Assembly: GCA_035084275.1 (NCBI GenBank) | Contig: CM068747.1 | Coordinates: 17,732,001-17,796,000 of the forward strand | Direction: 5' to 3' | From: Hydrolagus colliei | Lineage: Eukaryota | Length of the DNA: 64,000 bases | Part shown: positions 37,262 to 49,109 of the stretch, piece by piece | Numbering within the stretch: position 1 is the first letter of the stretch | Layout: each line of letters opens with the position of its first letter | Translations under genes and position numbers: made by a program | The notes under the pieces: generated by a model | Databases searched by the model: none | What the model was told of the DNA's origin: nothing | What the model saw: only the letters and a program-made list of their open reading frames with translations

Positions 37262-37298
37262 CGAGCATGCGCAGATGGATTTGAGCGGATAGTTAAAA
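37262..37298 (+). promoter_or_regulatory. CXCR4: Putative CXCR4 core promoter: NRF1-type site plus TATA-like element
   Basis: CGAGCATGCGCA (37262-37273; one mismatch to YGCGCAYGCGCR) and TAGTTAAAA (37290-37298), about 115-150 bp upstream of the ATG. Confidence 0.5.
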
Positions 37299-37338
37299 CT
37301 GAGTTGAAACACTGAGATTATCAGACCAGCCTCTGTGC

Positions 37339-37357
37339 GTGTGTGTGTGTGTGTGTG
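37339..37357. repeat. (GT)n microsatellite in the probable CXCR4 5' UTR
   Basis: GTGTGTGT run. A (TA)n(CA)n run also lies at about 37169-37195. Confidence 0.9.
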
Positions 37358-37411
37358 AGAGTGCAGGGAACTCCTCAGTGTTTGAGCAGCGAGACACACA
37401 GCGAGGCTACA

Positions 37412-37444
37412 ATGGCAGATGGAATGGACTTATTGGGGTACATG
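37412..37444 (+). CDS. CXCR4: C-X-C chemokine receptor 4, coding exon 1 (MADGMDLLGYM)
   Basis: ACAATGG Kozak context, 11 codons, then donor ATG|GTAAGA in phase 0, joining in frame to exon 2. A tiny first coding exon is the known CXCR4 structure. Confidence 0.8.
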
Positions 37445-38941
37445 GTAAGAGCAGATTTATTTTATTATTGTTATTAGTGGTAGTATTATCACTACCAGCT
37501 TCTGTTATGAATATTTTATTATGCAAAAGACGAAAAAAATAGTATTTTCAGGTGGTTCATCTATTTTTGCAAATCTTTTTTTTTTGTAGAAAAAAAAATT
37601 CCTCGGAGTTATTTCTGAGTGTTTATTGATCGATTGATTTGTTGCTCGCACTAAAGTGTAACTGTGACAACTGAATCGGATAGACTTTTAACAAGCTGCC
37701 GTTCTCTTGGTGATGAATAAGTGGGTTGAAAATCACGACAGAAAGAGCAAATCTTATTGGAATTTGACAAGTTTTATTCCCCCCCCAATAAAACAGTAAC
37801 TTGTGTTTTTATTTTGGACATGCGTTACTACCTTCATGGGTTGAGTGTGCCCTCTCTCTGTTCATTGAGTGTCTGCATTCAATTGAATGACTATATACTG
37901 GAAGTGCCTTGTTCACAGTATTGTACAGGAGGTTGTTTTACAACAGTCGGTTTGCAGTTGTCTCCTCGCAGACCAACCCGTGTAAATCATTTGGGTTTCA
38001 ACCTGAGAGTTTCAGAAGAGGCGGATTTTTTTAATGCAAAAAAAATTCAAATTTTTTAACATTCATTTACAATTTTTTTTTAAAAAATCATGTTTTCATT
38101 ATTAATAATAGTTTAAAATAGTTTGCAACTGCTTTCCTCACGTTTGCAAAGTCAATAGATGCAGTTCAACTCAGAACCTCTATAAGACAGTTTGTGTATG
38201 TATGTTTCTTTCATTTTTTTTTAAAAATCCCCCAATACCCAACTTGGTATTATTTTAAGTCATATCAAGATCCGAAACTTTGACCAGGTACTTTCAGACA
38301 CTCAGTCACGAGGGCGTGAGTTTCTGATCTGACACTCACTCTCTCTGCCCACTTGTTGAAGTCAATGGTGAGAGGAGAGGAACTGGACACAGCACATTGA
38401 TTTATTTATTAATAGATTGGTTGATTTTTTTATTTGTTTATTTATTTCTGGGTCTCCTTTACGAAACTCACTTCCCAAAGCACAGCGATCAGTGTGACAG
38501 CCCGCACATTGCTGGATGTCAGATTTGGTTTTCAAATTCTTGAGCGTCTCCAGATTCAGTTGGTCTAATTTGAGCTAATAATGAAAGTGTGAAAGTTCAC
38601 TGTAAATTCCCCCTCCCCAACAGCAAAATCTAACCACCACTTTAGGATTAGGCGTTACCATGTGTGAACAACAGAAAAGCATCTATTGTCTGTTATCTAT
38701 CTAATTATCTATCTCTCTATCTTCAAAGCCGTTACTGCATCATTATCTCCCAAGTTTCAAATCTTCAAAAGTCACTGTTAATTTTTTCACAGTTTATATT
38801 GTATCCTGTGATGTTATGTTTTCGAAAGCGCCTGTGCAACTTGTTTCTAAAGTCGATGCAAATGAAGTTAAGACAGGTTGGTTAAGTTTTCCATATAAAA
38901 AAGAACTTTTTTTTTTAAAAAAATTGTTTTCTTTCTTGCAG

Positions 38942-39994
38942 TCCTACGACCATAATGACTCGGCCAACTACAGCTATGATGGGGAGTTTATGTGCGAAGA
39001 CCCGTATACGTACGTCAAGGGAGTTTTGATCCCTTGTTTCTACTCTCTGATATTCGTCCTGGGTATTGTGGGTAATGGGCTGGTAGTTCTGATCATGGGC
39101 TACCACAAGCGTTACCGCAGCATGACTGACAAGTACAGATTGCATCTCTCTGTGGCAGATCTGCTGTTTGTGCTAACGCTCCCTTTCTGGGCCGCAGACA
39201 CCGTCAACTGGTACTTCGGAGACGCTATGTGCAAAATTGTGCACATCATCTACACTGTAAACCTGTACAGCACTGTGCTGATCATGGCCTTTATCAGCTT
39301 AGATCGCTACTACGCTGTCGTGCACGCAACCAACAGCACCAGTCAGCGGAAGATGTTGGCCAACCGCTGGGTGTATGTGGGCGTCTGGTTACCATCGATT
39401 CTGCTCAGTGTGCCTGATATGGTGTTCGCCAAAACCAGTCCTTTTGTGGACCACATTGTGGACAGGGTGGTATGCGACCGCATCTACCCGGCCGAGACCT
39501 TCGAGACTTGGTTGGTGGCATTCAGGATGAAGGGTGTGCTGGTGGGATTTGTCCTGCCCGCTCTAGTCATCCTCACCTGTTACTGCATCATTATCTCCAA
39601 GCTGTCCCAGTCCACAGGTTTCCAAAAGCGCAAAGCCTTGAAAATCACTATCATCCTGATTGTGATTTTCTTCATCTGCTGGCTGCCCTATTACATTGTG
39701 ATACTGATCGACACAGTGATGCAGATGAGAGGCAGAGCGTACACCTGTAAGATAGAGCAGGTGGTGGTCATGGCCATGACTTTGACTGAAGCTGTAGCCT
39801 ATTGTCACTGTTGCCTCAATCCCATTCTGTATGCCTTTGTGGGGGTGAATTTCAAGAGCTACACCCGAAAAGTCTTCAGTCATTCGGAAATGAGATGCTC
39901 ATCTCTCAAAAAGCTTCAAGGCAAAGATAGAAGAGCGACTCACCCATCAATTTCCACCGAATCGGAATCATCCAGCCTTCAATCCAGTTGCTAA
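38942..39994 (+). CDS. CXCR4: C-X-C chemokine receptor 4, coding exon 2 (7TM GPCR)
   Basis: Acceptor TTTTCTTTCTTGCAG| then SYDHND...; [58 protein letters not shown] and STESESSS are CXCR4-diagnostic; stop TAA at 39992-39994; DARS1 is the neighbour. Confidence 0.97.
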   Translation, partial: SYDHNDSANYSYDGEFMCEDPYTYVKGVLIPCFYSLIFVLGIVGNGLVVLIMGYHKRYRSMTDKYRLHLSVADLLFVLTLPFWAADTVNWYFGDAMCKIVHIIYTVNLYSTVLIMAFISLDRYYAVVHATNSTSQRKMLANRWVYVGVWLPSILLSVPDMVFAKTSPFVDHIVDRVVCDRIYPAETFETWLVAFRMKGVLVGFVLPALVILTCYCIIISKLSQSTGFQKRKALKITIILIVIFFICWLPYYIVILIDTVMQMRGRAYTCKIEQVVVMAMTLTEAVAYCHCCLNPILYAFVGVNFKSYTRKVFSHSEMRCSSLKKLQGKDRRATHPSISTESESSSLQSSC

Positions 39995-40497
39995 ACTTGT
40001 TCCTGGGACCCATCTACTCATTCCATTCTGTTTCCGAAGCTGAAACACTGCATTAATTTCATTTCTGTTTGGTAGCAGTTTTTCACTATCTATGTCCATA
40101 CTTACATTTGTATTATTTCACTGCTGTATGTGTTTGCTATTTATAGAATTATTTATATCTGTTTTTCAAATCTGTCTGCTCTACAGGTGTATGCATTTGA
40201 AATGTGTGTCAGGCCACTGCCATTGTAAATTGCGCTGTTTTATCATTTTTTTTGTAAGAGCTTTGAAAGCCACATCCAGTGACAGAGGAGATACCATTCA
40301 CTCCTTTGAGCATTTGTTTCTTAGCCAATTTCAGTGTTGTAAATAGTTTGTGTTGCAACAATTTCTGTTTGTTTGTTGTCTGAGTATCCACTGTAAATGA
40401 AGCAGTAAGAAATGGTTGCTGTACCTAGAGGAGTTTGGCTTGTATCAAATGTGCATATAATTGGATTAAGTGCAATTGTATTGCTCAATGCAATGTA

Positions 40498-40503
40498 AAT
40501 AAA
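40498..40503 (+). terminator. CXCR4: Probable CXCR4 polyadenylation signal
   Basis: AATAAA about 500 nt after the stop, ending a U-rich 3' UTR with ATTTA elements at about 40138-40157. Confidence 0.6.
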
Positions 40504-40707
40504 TGCAATATTTTCAACATGAAGTTTCATCCTTCTTTTCTTTAAATGGCCTTTCCAACCTTACTTCCATACATGAAATCTGCATTTAGAAAAAAAAATC
40601 TGCATTTAGCCTCAAGATCATGACTGAAGACTGATCTTGTACAGGAATTCGGGCATTCCATCTGCATCCATCAGGAGTCACCTCTCACATCAATGCTTAA
40701 AAAGTCA

Positions 40708-41085
40708 ACCGGGTTCTGACACGTGTAGAAACCCATCTCCATGCTTGACTCTCTGAGCCAGACTGAGAGTCTGGGTGTGGAATAGAATGTGCATTCTCTC
40801 CCCAGAGGGAAACACCTTACTTACCTAATTCTAAAGAATGTTAGGCACACATTGGAAAGAGCCAAGCCTTGGGGACCCCAGAATGTGCTTAAGGATAAGG
40901 ATACATAATGCTGGAGTTAACCAGCTATAACTGCATAACTTGCCATTCAAGGCAAGCTTCCTGCTGCTTGTCCAGCTAGAGCCACCCTAACTGTTAGGTC
41001 TTCGGCTTGCAGGATAAACAAGAGCTGAGTGAAAAGAATCCCTGCCCTCAGTTTGTCCCTCCCAAGTTTTGCTGTTGAGCCAGGA
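40708..41085 (+). repeat. Unclassified ~400-bp dispersed repeat
   Basis: CTGACACGTGTAGAAACCCATCTCCATGCT...CTTACCTAATTCT...TGTCCAGCTAGAGCCACC. Confidence 0.75.
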
Positions 41086-41231
41086 AATTAAAAATATTTT
41101 CGACAAAAATATTTTAAAATAATATGCCAAAGGCTTAATGCTATGGTTTTTATTAAATGCAAGAATTATTAAGTTGGTAGATAGGCTTATTTGTTTTGGA
41201 ATATTTGCTACTAATAACTGCTATTGCAGTC

Positions 41232-41930
41232 ATCAACAATAAAATTACATTTGCCTTTCATGTTGGGAGGACTTCCCAAGGCGCTGGACAATCATTGTTT
41301 CAGCCACGAGTTGGGGGTTGAGATCGGGGAGGTTGGAGGGCAGGGGGAAGGAGGGCAACCGAAGGCATGTCAAAGAGGAGGGTCTTGAGACATGTCTTGA
41401 GGCAAGGGAGGGGCTGAGGTAGACAAACTGCAGGATGGAGTTCCAGAGGGTGGAGGCAGAACGCCCGCCCGCCAATGGTGGGGCAGACGAGGCAGGGAAG
41501 GTGAAGTAACAATAACAACAAAATTTGCATTTATAGAGCACCTTTCACATCGGGAGGATGTCCCAAGGCGCTGGAAAGCAGCCCAGACCCTGCTGAGTGG
41601 AGGGAGTGGACAAGTTTGTAGGGGATTCAGAGGTTTTAGAGGTGGGGGGGCCATGGAGGACCATGGAGGACTTTGAAGGTGAGGGCCAGGATCTTGAACT
41701 GTATCCTCTGTGGCTCTGTAAAATGTAGAGTGCTGGAGTAAGTCCATGGAGGGAGATGCTATCTTCGCCCAAGGTGAGGAGATGCTGATGGGAGCTAAGT
41801 AGGAGGCTTGTTGACATTCAACTGCAGGAAACTAGCTCTCATCCAGGACTTGATATTCAACAGGCTGTGAGGACAGCAGTGGTCCTGGAATCAACTGTGG
41901 ACAGGTAGAGTTGGGTGTCATCCACATGTG
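41232..41930 (-). mobile_element. Tandem or nested L2 3' fragments
   Basis: Two L2 tails (about 41235 and 41510) plus CPTIGGRAF / LKTLLFD on the minus strand. Confidence 0.8.
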
Positions 41931-42564
41931 TAAAAAAAATCTAAGCAATCAAGAAAGGATAGCTTCAGGATTTAGTTAATATAAACTATAGTCAACTATA
42001 ATTTATTTGTATAGTATTTGCTTTTTTAAAAAACGCTGAAATACTAGCCAATGTGGTAAACCTCCTCAGGGGATTTTCATTAAATGCAAAACAAGTATAT
42101 AAGTTAAAAAAAATGGAACTTATTTTCGTGAAATGCTCTGTGGGTGTAATTTAGTGAAAGCCTAATTTCCTCTTCAGTTAACACCTTCAGTGAGATGGTA
42201 GATTATGACCTATAGGTAAGATTTCCACTTTTCACACTGTGCAAGTCTCAACAAATGCTTTAAAAATAACAAGTGTGGATAAAAAAAACTTTTGAATATT
42301 ATTAAAGCTACTTTGGATAATACTTCAACATTTTAACAATTAATGATTCACGTATTTCCTATTCACATTTATGTAAACCTAATTGTGTATTAAAAGCAGT
42401 TAATTATTTGATGACAATCTCTTTTCAATATCTGCTTACCGTGGGTTTAAACCATAACCCTAAAAGGATAAGCCAGTTGATGATCAAATACTGCACAGAT
42501 ACCAATGGTCGCTTCTCCTGGAGACATCAAAATATGATCTGTGGACTCCAATCACTGAGTTCAA

Positions 42565-43050
42565 CCTGAATTCTGTAGCCCGTGACCTCTCCCGCACCAG
42601 GCTCCAAGACTCTATCACCTCCATTCTCACCTGACTCCACTGGCTTCCACATCAGTTCAAGATCCTGGTCCTCAATGGCCTTGCCCCACCCTATCTCTAT
42701 GACCTTCGAACACCCTACCAACCTGTCTCCTCCCTCCATTTAGTGGGCTGCAGCCTGTTCCATGGCCCCTGACCCACCCTGCCTCACCATCAGAGAGCAA
42801 GCTTCAGCCACTATGCTCCCAACCTTTAGAATCCATCCCACAATCCCTCTGCGCTGCTCCCTCCTAGCCTCCTTCAAATTGTGCCTCAAGACTCTCCTCT
42901 TCGACTGTGCCATTGGTCACCCCCTTTCCTCCACCCTTCCCGATCCCTACCCACCCCAGCTCTGGTCCAAAACATTGACTGTCCAGTGTTTGGACATCTT
43001 CCAAACTTGAAAGGCGCTATATAAATGCAATTTTGTAGCTGTCGTTGTTG
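42565..43050 (+). mobile_element. L2 3' fragment
   Basis: LHWLP / ASFKLCLKTLLFDCA and tail AAGGCGCTATATAAATGC. Confidence 0.8.
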
Positions 43051-43247
43051 AATGAACCAAGTCAAATCAAAATCCTAGAGCTTCTGCCAAGGTGACAGAA
43101 AACTTTGGCAGGTACATGTTTAATCATTTGGAAGATAATTTTTCTGTCGGAAGTTTTTCTGAAATTAGTTTACTTGTTACTATGTTCAAGCGCTCTGAGA
43201 CGCCGTCCGGCGTGGAGGGCGCTATATAAATCAAAGTTGTTGTTGTA

Positions 43248-43565
43248 GGTTGACACTTCAATCCAGCACTGGGATGCGTTGTATTGTCAGAAGTGCTATA
43301 TCCTTTGTATGAGTTAAGCCAAGGCCTATATCTGCCTAAAGATCTCATGACACTATTCGAAACGTAAAAATAATTTCTCCTGGTATCCTGGTCAACAATC
43401 CCCCAGGCAAAACATTCACCTCATGATTATTTGTAGGTACTGCTGTGCATAAATTGGTTGCCATGTTCACCCACAAAATCCAGTGGCTGCACTTTACAGT
43501 GAATCCTATGAAATGCTTTGAGATATCTCAATGATTTGATAAAGCATATCAATCATAATGATTAT
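43248..43565 (+). mobile_element. DeuSINE-like element
   Basis: GGTTGACACTTCAATCCAGCACTGGG...TGTATTGTCAGAAGTGC...AAAGATCTCATGACACTATTCGAA...TCTCCTGGTATCCTGGTCAACAATC. Confidence 0.6.
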
Positions 43566-43869
43566 TACTTAAGGAGAATTTAGCAAATTCAGTATAAGAA
43601 AAGTATCCCACCCAATCTATAATTTGATTTAGTGTCCCCGAGTTCCTAATCTAATTGCAATCCAGTCACTACTGCTGGAAAGCAGACTGAAGCAGATATT
43701 GCCCCACCATATCTCTGCAGCCTTCTCAAACTCTAACAACCTCCCTAACCTGGTCACTTCCTTCACTCAATGGGTTCTGGCCTGTGGAATAAAGTTGAAT
43801 AAAGTAATTACATATTAAAAGCACAGTTCTAGTATTTAAATCTCTCCCCCATCAATTTGGCAAATAAAA

Positions 43870-44535
43870 CCTATAAATAAAATTGGTCAATTTCTCTGTG
43901 GTTGTTTGTGGGAACATTGCTGTGTGCAACTAGCTGTGTGCGGTTCCCCCACAAAACACACTTCCACACCACCTTACAGTGTGTCCTGTGAAGCACTTTG
44001 AGATGTCTCAAAGATGTGATGAGGAACTATATCAAATGCAGGATTATTATGCATTGTGCAATTCCTCTGACAATTCTGCCCCACCTCTACTGAACTATAA
44101 CTCAATTTCTGATGTGAGGCCACCAACTGTGCCAAGCTAAAACATTGCTGTACTTCCTAATTCAGTTTAACTATAAAGCAAAAAAGGAAGCATTAATTAT
44201 GGATTTCTGGCAAATGTAATTCTTTGCAAAGTAAGTTCTTCCGGAGTATAATTGTTTGTGTATTACTCCTTTTTGTGTAACTAGTATATGAGAACAAACA
44301 CTGGAAAGTCCTTGACCCACAAGTGAAAAGGGCGTAATGTATAGCCCTTCTTGTGTTTGTTGTTGACTTTATGAAAGAAAGATATTGTTACATTCAACAG
44401 TACAAATCCATTGTTGCATTTTCAGTTTTCCCAGATTAGTAATGTTGTACTGTATCAGTATATTCTGTGAAGCTCTTTGAGACATCGATAAGATGTTAAA
44501 AGCACTATATCAAATTCAGGGATTATTATTTTTTA
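43870..44535 (+). mobile_element. Two SINE 3' fragments (about 43870-44050 and 44455-44535)
   Basis: Family core and tail motifs. Confidence 0.7.
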
Positions 44536-45104
44536 TTATGATATTTCCAGGTGTCTCTCTCGTATCATCAATCTGAACTCCAATAAAAAGCGCTCCTGAC
44601 AGAAATATATTCTCGAATGATAATTATCATTACTAACACAATGCATGACACCAAATAATATGTTTGAATTATTCCTGTTTGGGAGATGCAGGAATTCTAG
44701 GCTGTGTCATTCCAGAGGGAATGGGCCATGAAACGTGAATTATTATTGCAATAAATTAAAATTATTTGACAGATTTTAAGCCGCTTCCAGACATGGAATG
44801 AGAAAACACAATTTTGTCTATTAAGGCTGCACCTTGAACAGACCTTGCAAAACTTTTCCTATTATTTACTTATTTAATCATAGCCAGACAGAAAAGAAAA
44901 TACCACACAGCGTAGGGAATTTGTTCATTTTCACCATTCTCCTATATACCGTTAAGTGTAACACAGTCCAGTTCTGCTGCATTGGGTATTTACTCTGCGA
45001 ACAGTCACATTGAAGAAAGAGTTAAACCAGTTGAACAGAAAACAGAATTGCTTAATTGCATAGGTTGGTAATATTATTGGCTAATACTACAGTATGCGGA
45101 AAAT

Positions 45105-45958
45105 CCACAGATCTACCTCGCTTCTTCAAGTACCAACTCCAGGTCCACCAATTCTATCAGTTCTATCAGTTTGTCTGGCAGACATCAGGTACTGAATGAG
45201 TGTAAACTTTCTGCTGCTGAATTTGGACAAGATGGAAGTCATACTCCTTGGTTCCCGTCAACGTCTTCACTCATGTAGTTCTAAACTCCTCAACCTCCCT
45301 GGGAACTCTCTCAAACTCACTGAACCAGTGAGCAATCCAAGCATCCAGTCTGACCTCCAATTGTCCTTCCTCCTTCATATCCGGTCACTGACCAGCACCG
45401 CCTTCTTCTACCTCATTGCCAGCCTCCAAACGCACCTTACCCCAAAGGCAGCCAAAACCCTTGTGCATGTGTTTGTCACCTGCCTCTTGGATTACTCCAA
45501 CACACACCCTGCTAGTCTCCCCTGCTCCACCGTTCAAAAGATCCAGCTGATTCAGAACAAACTGACCAGGACCACATCTCACTGGTTCTGGCCAGGCTCC
45601 ACTGGCACCCCAAACAACAGAGGTCAACTTTGAGATCCTCACACCCCTTCCACCACCCGGCGCCTCCGTTTGACTGGCACTAGTCTCCTACTTAGCCCTT
45701 GCACCCTCCGCCCTATCATTAGAGGACTTGCATTCAGAGCCACTACTCCCCCAAACCCTGGAACACTCTGCTGCATCTCTCAATCTCTCCTCCTCGCCCC
45801 CTCTCTCCTCTCTTTCAAGACTTGCCTGAAAAGTTTTCTCTTCGACCGTACTTACGGCCACCTCCCATCTCCATCCAATTCAAAGTTAGGCTCCGCCACT
45901 GTTAAGCGCTCTGAGACACTACCCTATGTGGAGGTCGCTATGTACGTGCAAGTTGTTG
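45105..45958 (+). mobile_element. L2 fragment
   Basis: MSVNFLLLNLDKMEVILLGSRQRL...KTLVHVFVTCLLDYSN...SFKTCLKSFLFDR. Confidence 0.88.
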
Positions 45959-46170
45959 ATAATAATCCCTCCAAAAAAACACAATAATAAAATTGGTCAT
46001 TTCAATCCACGACTGTGTGTGGGACACTGCTGGGCGCAATTGGCTGCCACAATTCACCCACAAATATATACAGTCAATTCACTTTACAGTATATTCTGTG
46101 AAGCGCTTTGGGACATTGATAAGATGTGGAAAGCGCTATATCAAATGCAAGGATTATTATTATTATTATT
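45959..46170 (+). mobile_element. SINE, 5'-truncated
   Basis: Core and (ATT)n tail. Confidence 0.85.
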
Positions 46171-46249
46171 TGTTGATGTTGTTTACTAGTGTCAGAGCTG
46201 GTGCATTTGTTTATTGTGCTAGAGTTGTACATCTCATTAATCAACTAAA

Positions 46250-46795
46250 TCAACTGTGTTCAATTCTGCTCACCACTATAGAAAGGATGTTAAGGCATTG
46301 GAAAGGGTGCAAAGAAAGTTTACTAGAATGGTACCAGGATTGAGGGTCTTCAATTACGGGGAAAGGCTATAGACGGGCTAGGTTTATTCTCTTTAGAACA
46401 GAGAAGGTTGGGAGGAGACCTAATAGAGGTTTATAAAATCATGAGGGGATGATCATGAGGGTGAATAAGGAAAAACTGTTTCCACTGATGGGCGAATCTG
46501 TGACTCGTGGTCACAGATTTAAAATAGTTTCAAAACGAAGTAGAAGGGAGTTGAGGAGAATTTTTTTCACTCAGTGGGTTGTTCGAATCTGGAATGCATT
46601 GCCTGAAAAGGTGGTGGAGGCCGATTCGATAACAGCTTTTAAAAGAGAATTAGATCTTTATTTAGGGAGAACAGGTCTGTTAGGTTATGGGGAGAGAGCT
46701 GGGCAGTGGGATTGAGTTATTCTTTTCAAAGAGCTGGCACAGACTAGATGGGCCGAATGGCTTCCTTTTGTGCTATAAAAATTCTATGATTCTAA
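46250..46795 (+). mobile_element. CR1 3' end
   Basis: SLEQRRLGGDLIEVYKI, TRGHRFKI...FFTQWVVRIWNALP; tail TTCTATGATTCTA. Confidence 0.9.
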
Positions 46796-48584
46796 AAAAT
46801 AAAAGGTACAATTGCGCAAGACCACACATAGTACATCACAAGTACTCTGAAGATCAGCCACCACTTGGTAAAGGACGTGTACATTCCTGCAGCTGTCACT
46901 AGCGTGATCAGTGCAAACAAGTAATGTGAGAACCCTGTAAACAAAGCACATTGACACCAGGAAGTACGTTGATGGCAGTTAACTGATCTTGAGATTAACA
47001 TTGTTTTCATAAAATGCTTAACTACATGATATGATGTCAATTCAATCTACGTCATGTTATACGCTTGATGTGCTAAACTGAAGTAAGGAATTATTTAGTT
47101 GTGTGCTGCTGATAGCAGTGATTACATTCACACAACTGGTATTCGTCTTTTGACCAATGATTGAGGAACACGCAGAACTGAGAAGTTGGAAAGTGTGATA
47201 CACTGCGGAAATAATTTTTGATGGCTTGCTCAAGAAGATTGGCAATTGGCAATTGCAGAAGCAGTTCATCTTCCTTCCCATTCCCTTTGCTAAGTAAAGG
47301 TATAATCTGTGGGGTATATAACATAACTAAATATAACTGCAAAATATTCATTGATTTCCACATATCTACTTTTGAACTGTGAGCTAGCATTCCCCTCCTT
47401 CCCAGGATCACAGGAAACATAAGGCACAACGCAACAACCAACAACCTGCAGATTTATTGCTTGAACAAAATATGATTTGTGGATTAAAATATTTCCAATG
47501 ATGCTCTTTTCTGATATTTCACAAAATATCTTACCAGGAATTTAACAAAACCTGCAACCCCATTAAAAATCCTAAATGTTAATTGAAACACTGAAATATC
47601 CGGCTGCCAGGGATTAGTTAAACAAGTTCACTGTGTGAAACTAACAAATACTAACTGAATGTTTGTAGATGGTTTATGTAAAAAGGTATCTCCAACATTC
47701 AGTGAGATAGCTTTTATATCTGTAACTAATCTATTAATATTATAATACATGTAATAATATTCCTTGCATTTGATATAGTGCCTTATCAAGTCGAGATGTC
47801 TCAAAATGCTTCACAGAATGTACTATAAAGTGAGTTGCCTGTATATTCACTACTAATACACACAAAATAGTGAATATTTTGATAATATAATTTAAAATAT
47901 TGCAAAAATAACTGTTAATTCCAGGAAGCAGTGTATTTATTGTATGCCACATTGCATCAAGTTTTGTAACATATGAACTTCACAACTAGCATTTGCCACA
48001 GTCGCTCTCAATTTCCCGCGCATTTTCAGAAAAGGAACTGAATGAGAGACGGGGAACCAATCTGACGAAGCTGTTTTCATATTACCCAGGAATCTGGCTC
48101 ATAAAAGTCCCGAGGACATGGACACATGTCCATGCACTGTACTCAGTCAGAGTGCAGCTTGGTGGAAGAGACCTAAAGCTGAAGAAAAATAAAATCAATC
48201 CTAAGAAATAAGAGTTGTTTTATTTTGAAAAACGTTCCTTGTCACAACAGTTTGTGACAGTTTGTATTGCTTCATCTCCCAATCATATATTGTGAAACTA
48301 CAAACTTGAACTCTGAAAGGGGAAGAGTGCCAGCTGCTGGCTGGATAGCAATAAACCAACTGCTATCAAGACTACCAACTGCTAGCCGGTCTTGAGACTG
48401 ACTACCAACTGCTAGCCAAGCTACCAACTTGGCTAACGTACAAGTTTAATGACTAAATTAAAAGGGTTCAAAAAGAGCAAAATATCCATACTAAGCCACA
48501 GACTAGATGGGCCGAATGGCCTCCTTTTGTGCCGTAAAATTCAATGAATCTATGAATCTATGGCTTTCATCGATAATTCTCCAT

Positions 48585-48830
48585 AGAGCACACATCGCAA
48601 ATGAGAGACCTGGGTTTGATTCCCGGTCGGGCGAAACGTTTGGCAAGTTTCCTTACTCCAGGAATCTGGGAATATATGTAGGAATGTTCATACGGGAATC
48701 TGGTTTTTGATTGATTGGAAAGGGGAAAAAAGAAGAAAAGTTGGTTGCACACTGATTGTAGGGCACCGCTGTGCAAATTGGCTGCCACATTTCAGGCATT
48801 AAATCTACAGTAAATTCGCTCCACAGCACG
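48585..48830 (+). mobile_element. Degenerate SINE
   Basis: GAGAGACCTGGGTTTGATTCCCGG...GGCAAGTTTCCTTACTCCA...GCAAATTGGCTGCC. Confidence 0.65.
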
Positions 48831-49109
48831 GATGTGCAGTCGTGTAGTTTGAAGCACAGGGTAGTTACGGGTAGTCCCGTGAGTCAAAAAGTTATCACCG
48901 AGATCAGGATAAGAGTCCCGAGGAAGAATAAAACATGGATCAGGAAAAGCAGACCAAGACCAAGGAAGCATTCAGAGAGTGGACAACCAAGTATGAGGAG
49001 AAATTGTGTGCACAGGTTGGTCAGGCTGACGCAGGTTTAGAAGAGAGAGTGCGCGACTGAACGCAGCTTTGAACAAGGCTTATCTTATATGGAAGGAGTT
49101 AAAAGCAAT

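Noticed and set aside
38915-39883. Overlapping and antisense ORFs within CXCR4
   Set aside because: Shadow ORFs expected from GC-rich coding sequence; no recognisable motifs.
38816-39994. 392-aa ORF as the primary CXCR4 protein
   Set aside because: A canonical acceptor at 38941 and an in-phase exon at 37412-37444 give the standard two-exon structure; the intronic start is kept only as a possible isoform.
48370-48417. Repeat-spacer-repeat pattern resembling CRISPR
   Set aside because: Only two exact 18-bp units with a 12-bp gap, vertebrate context, no cas genes.
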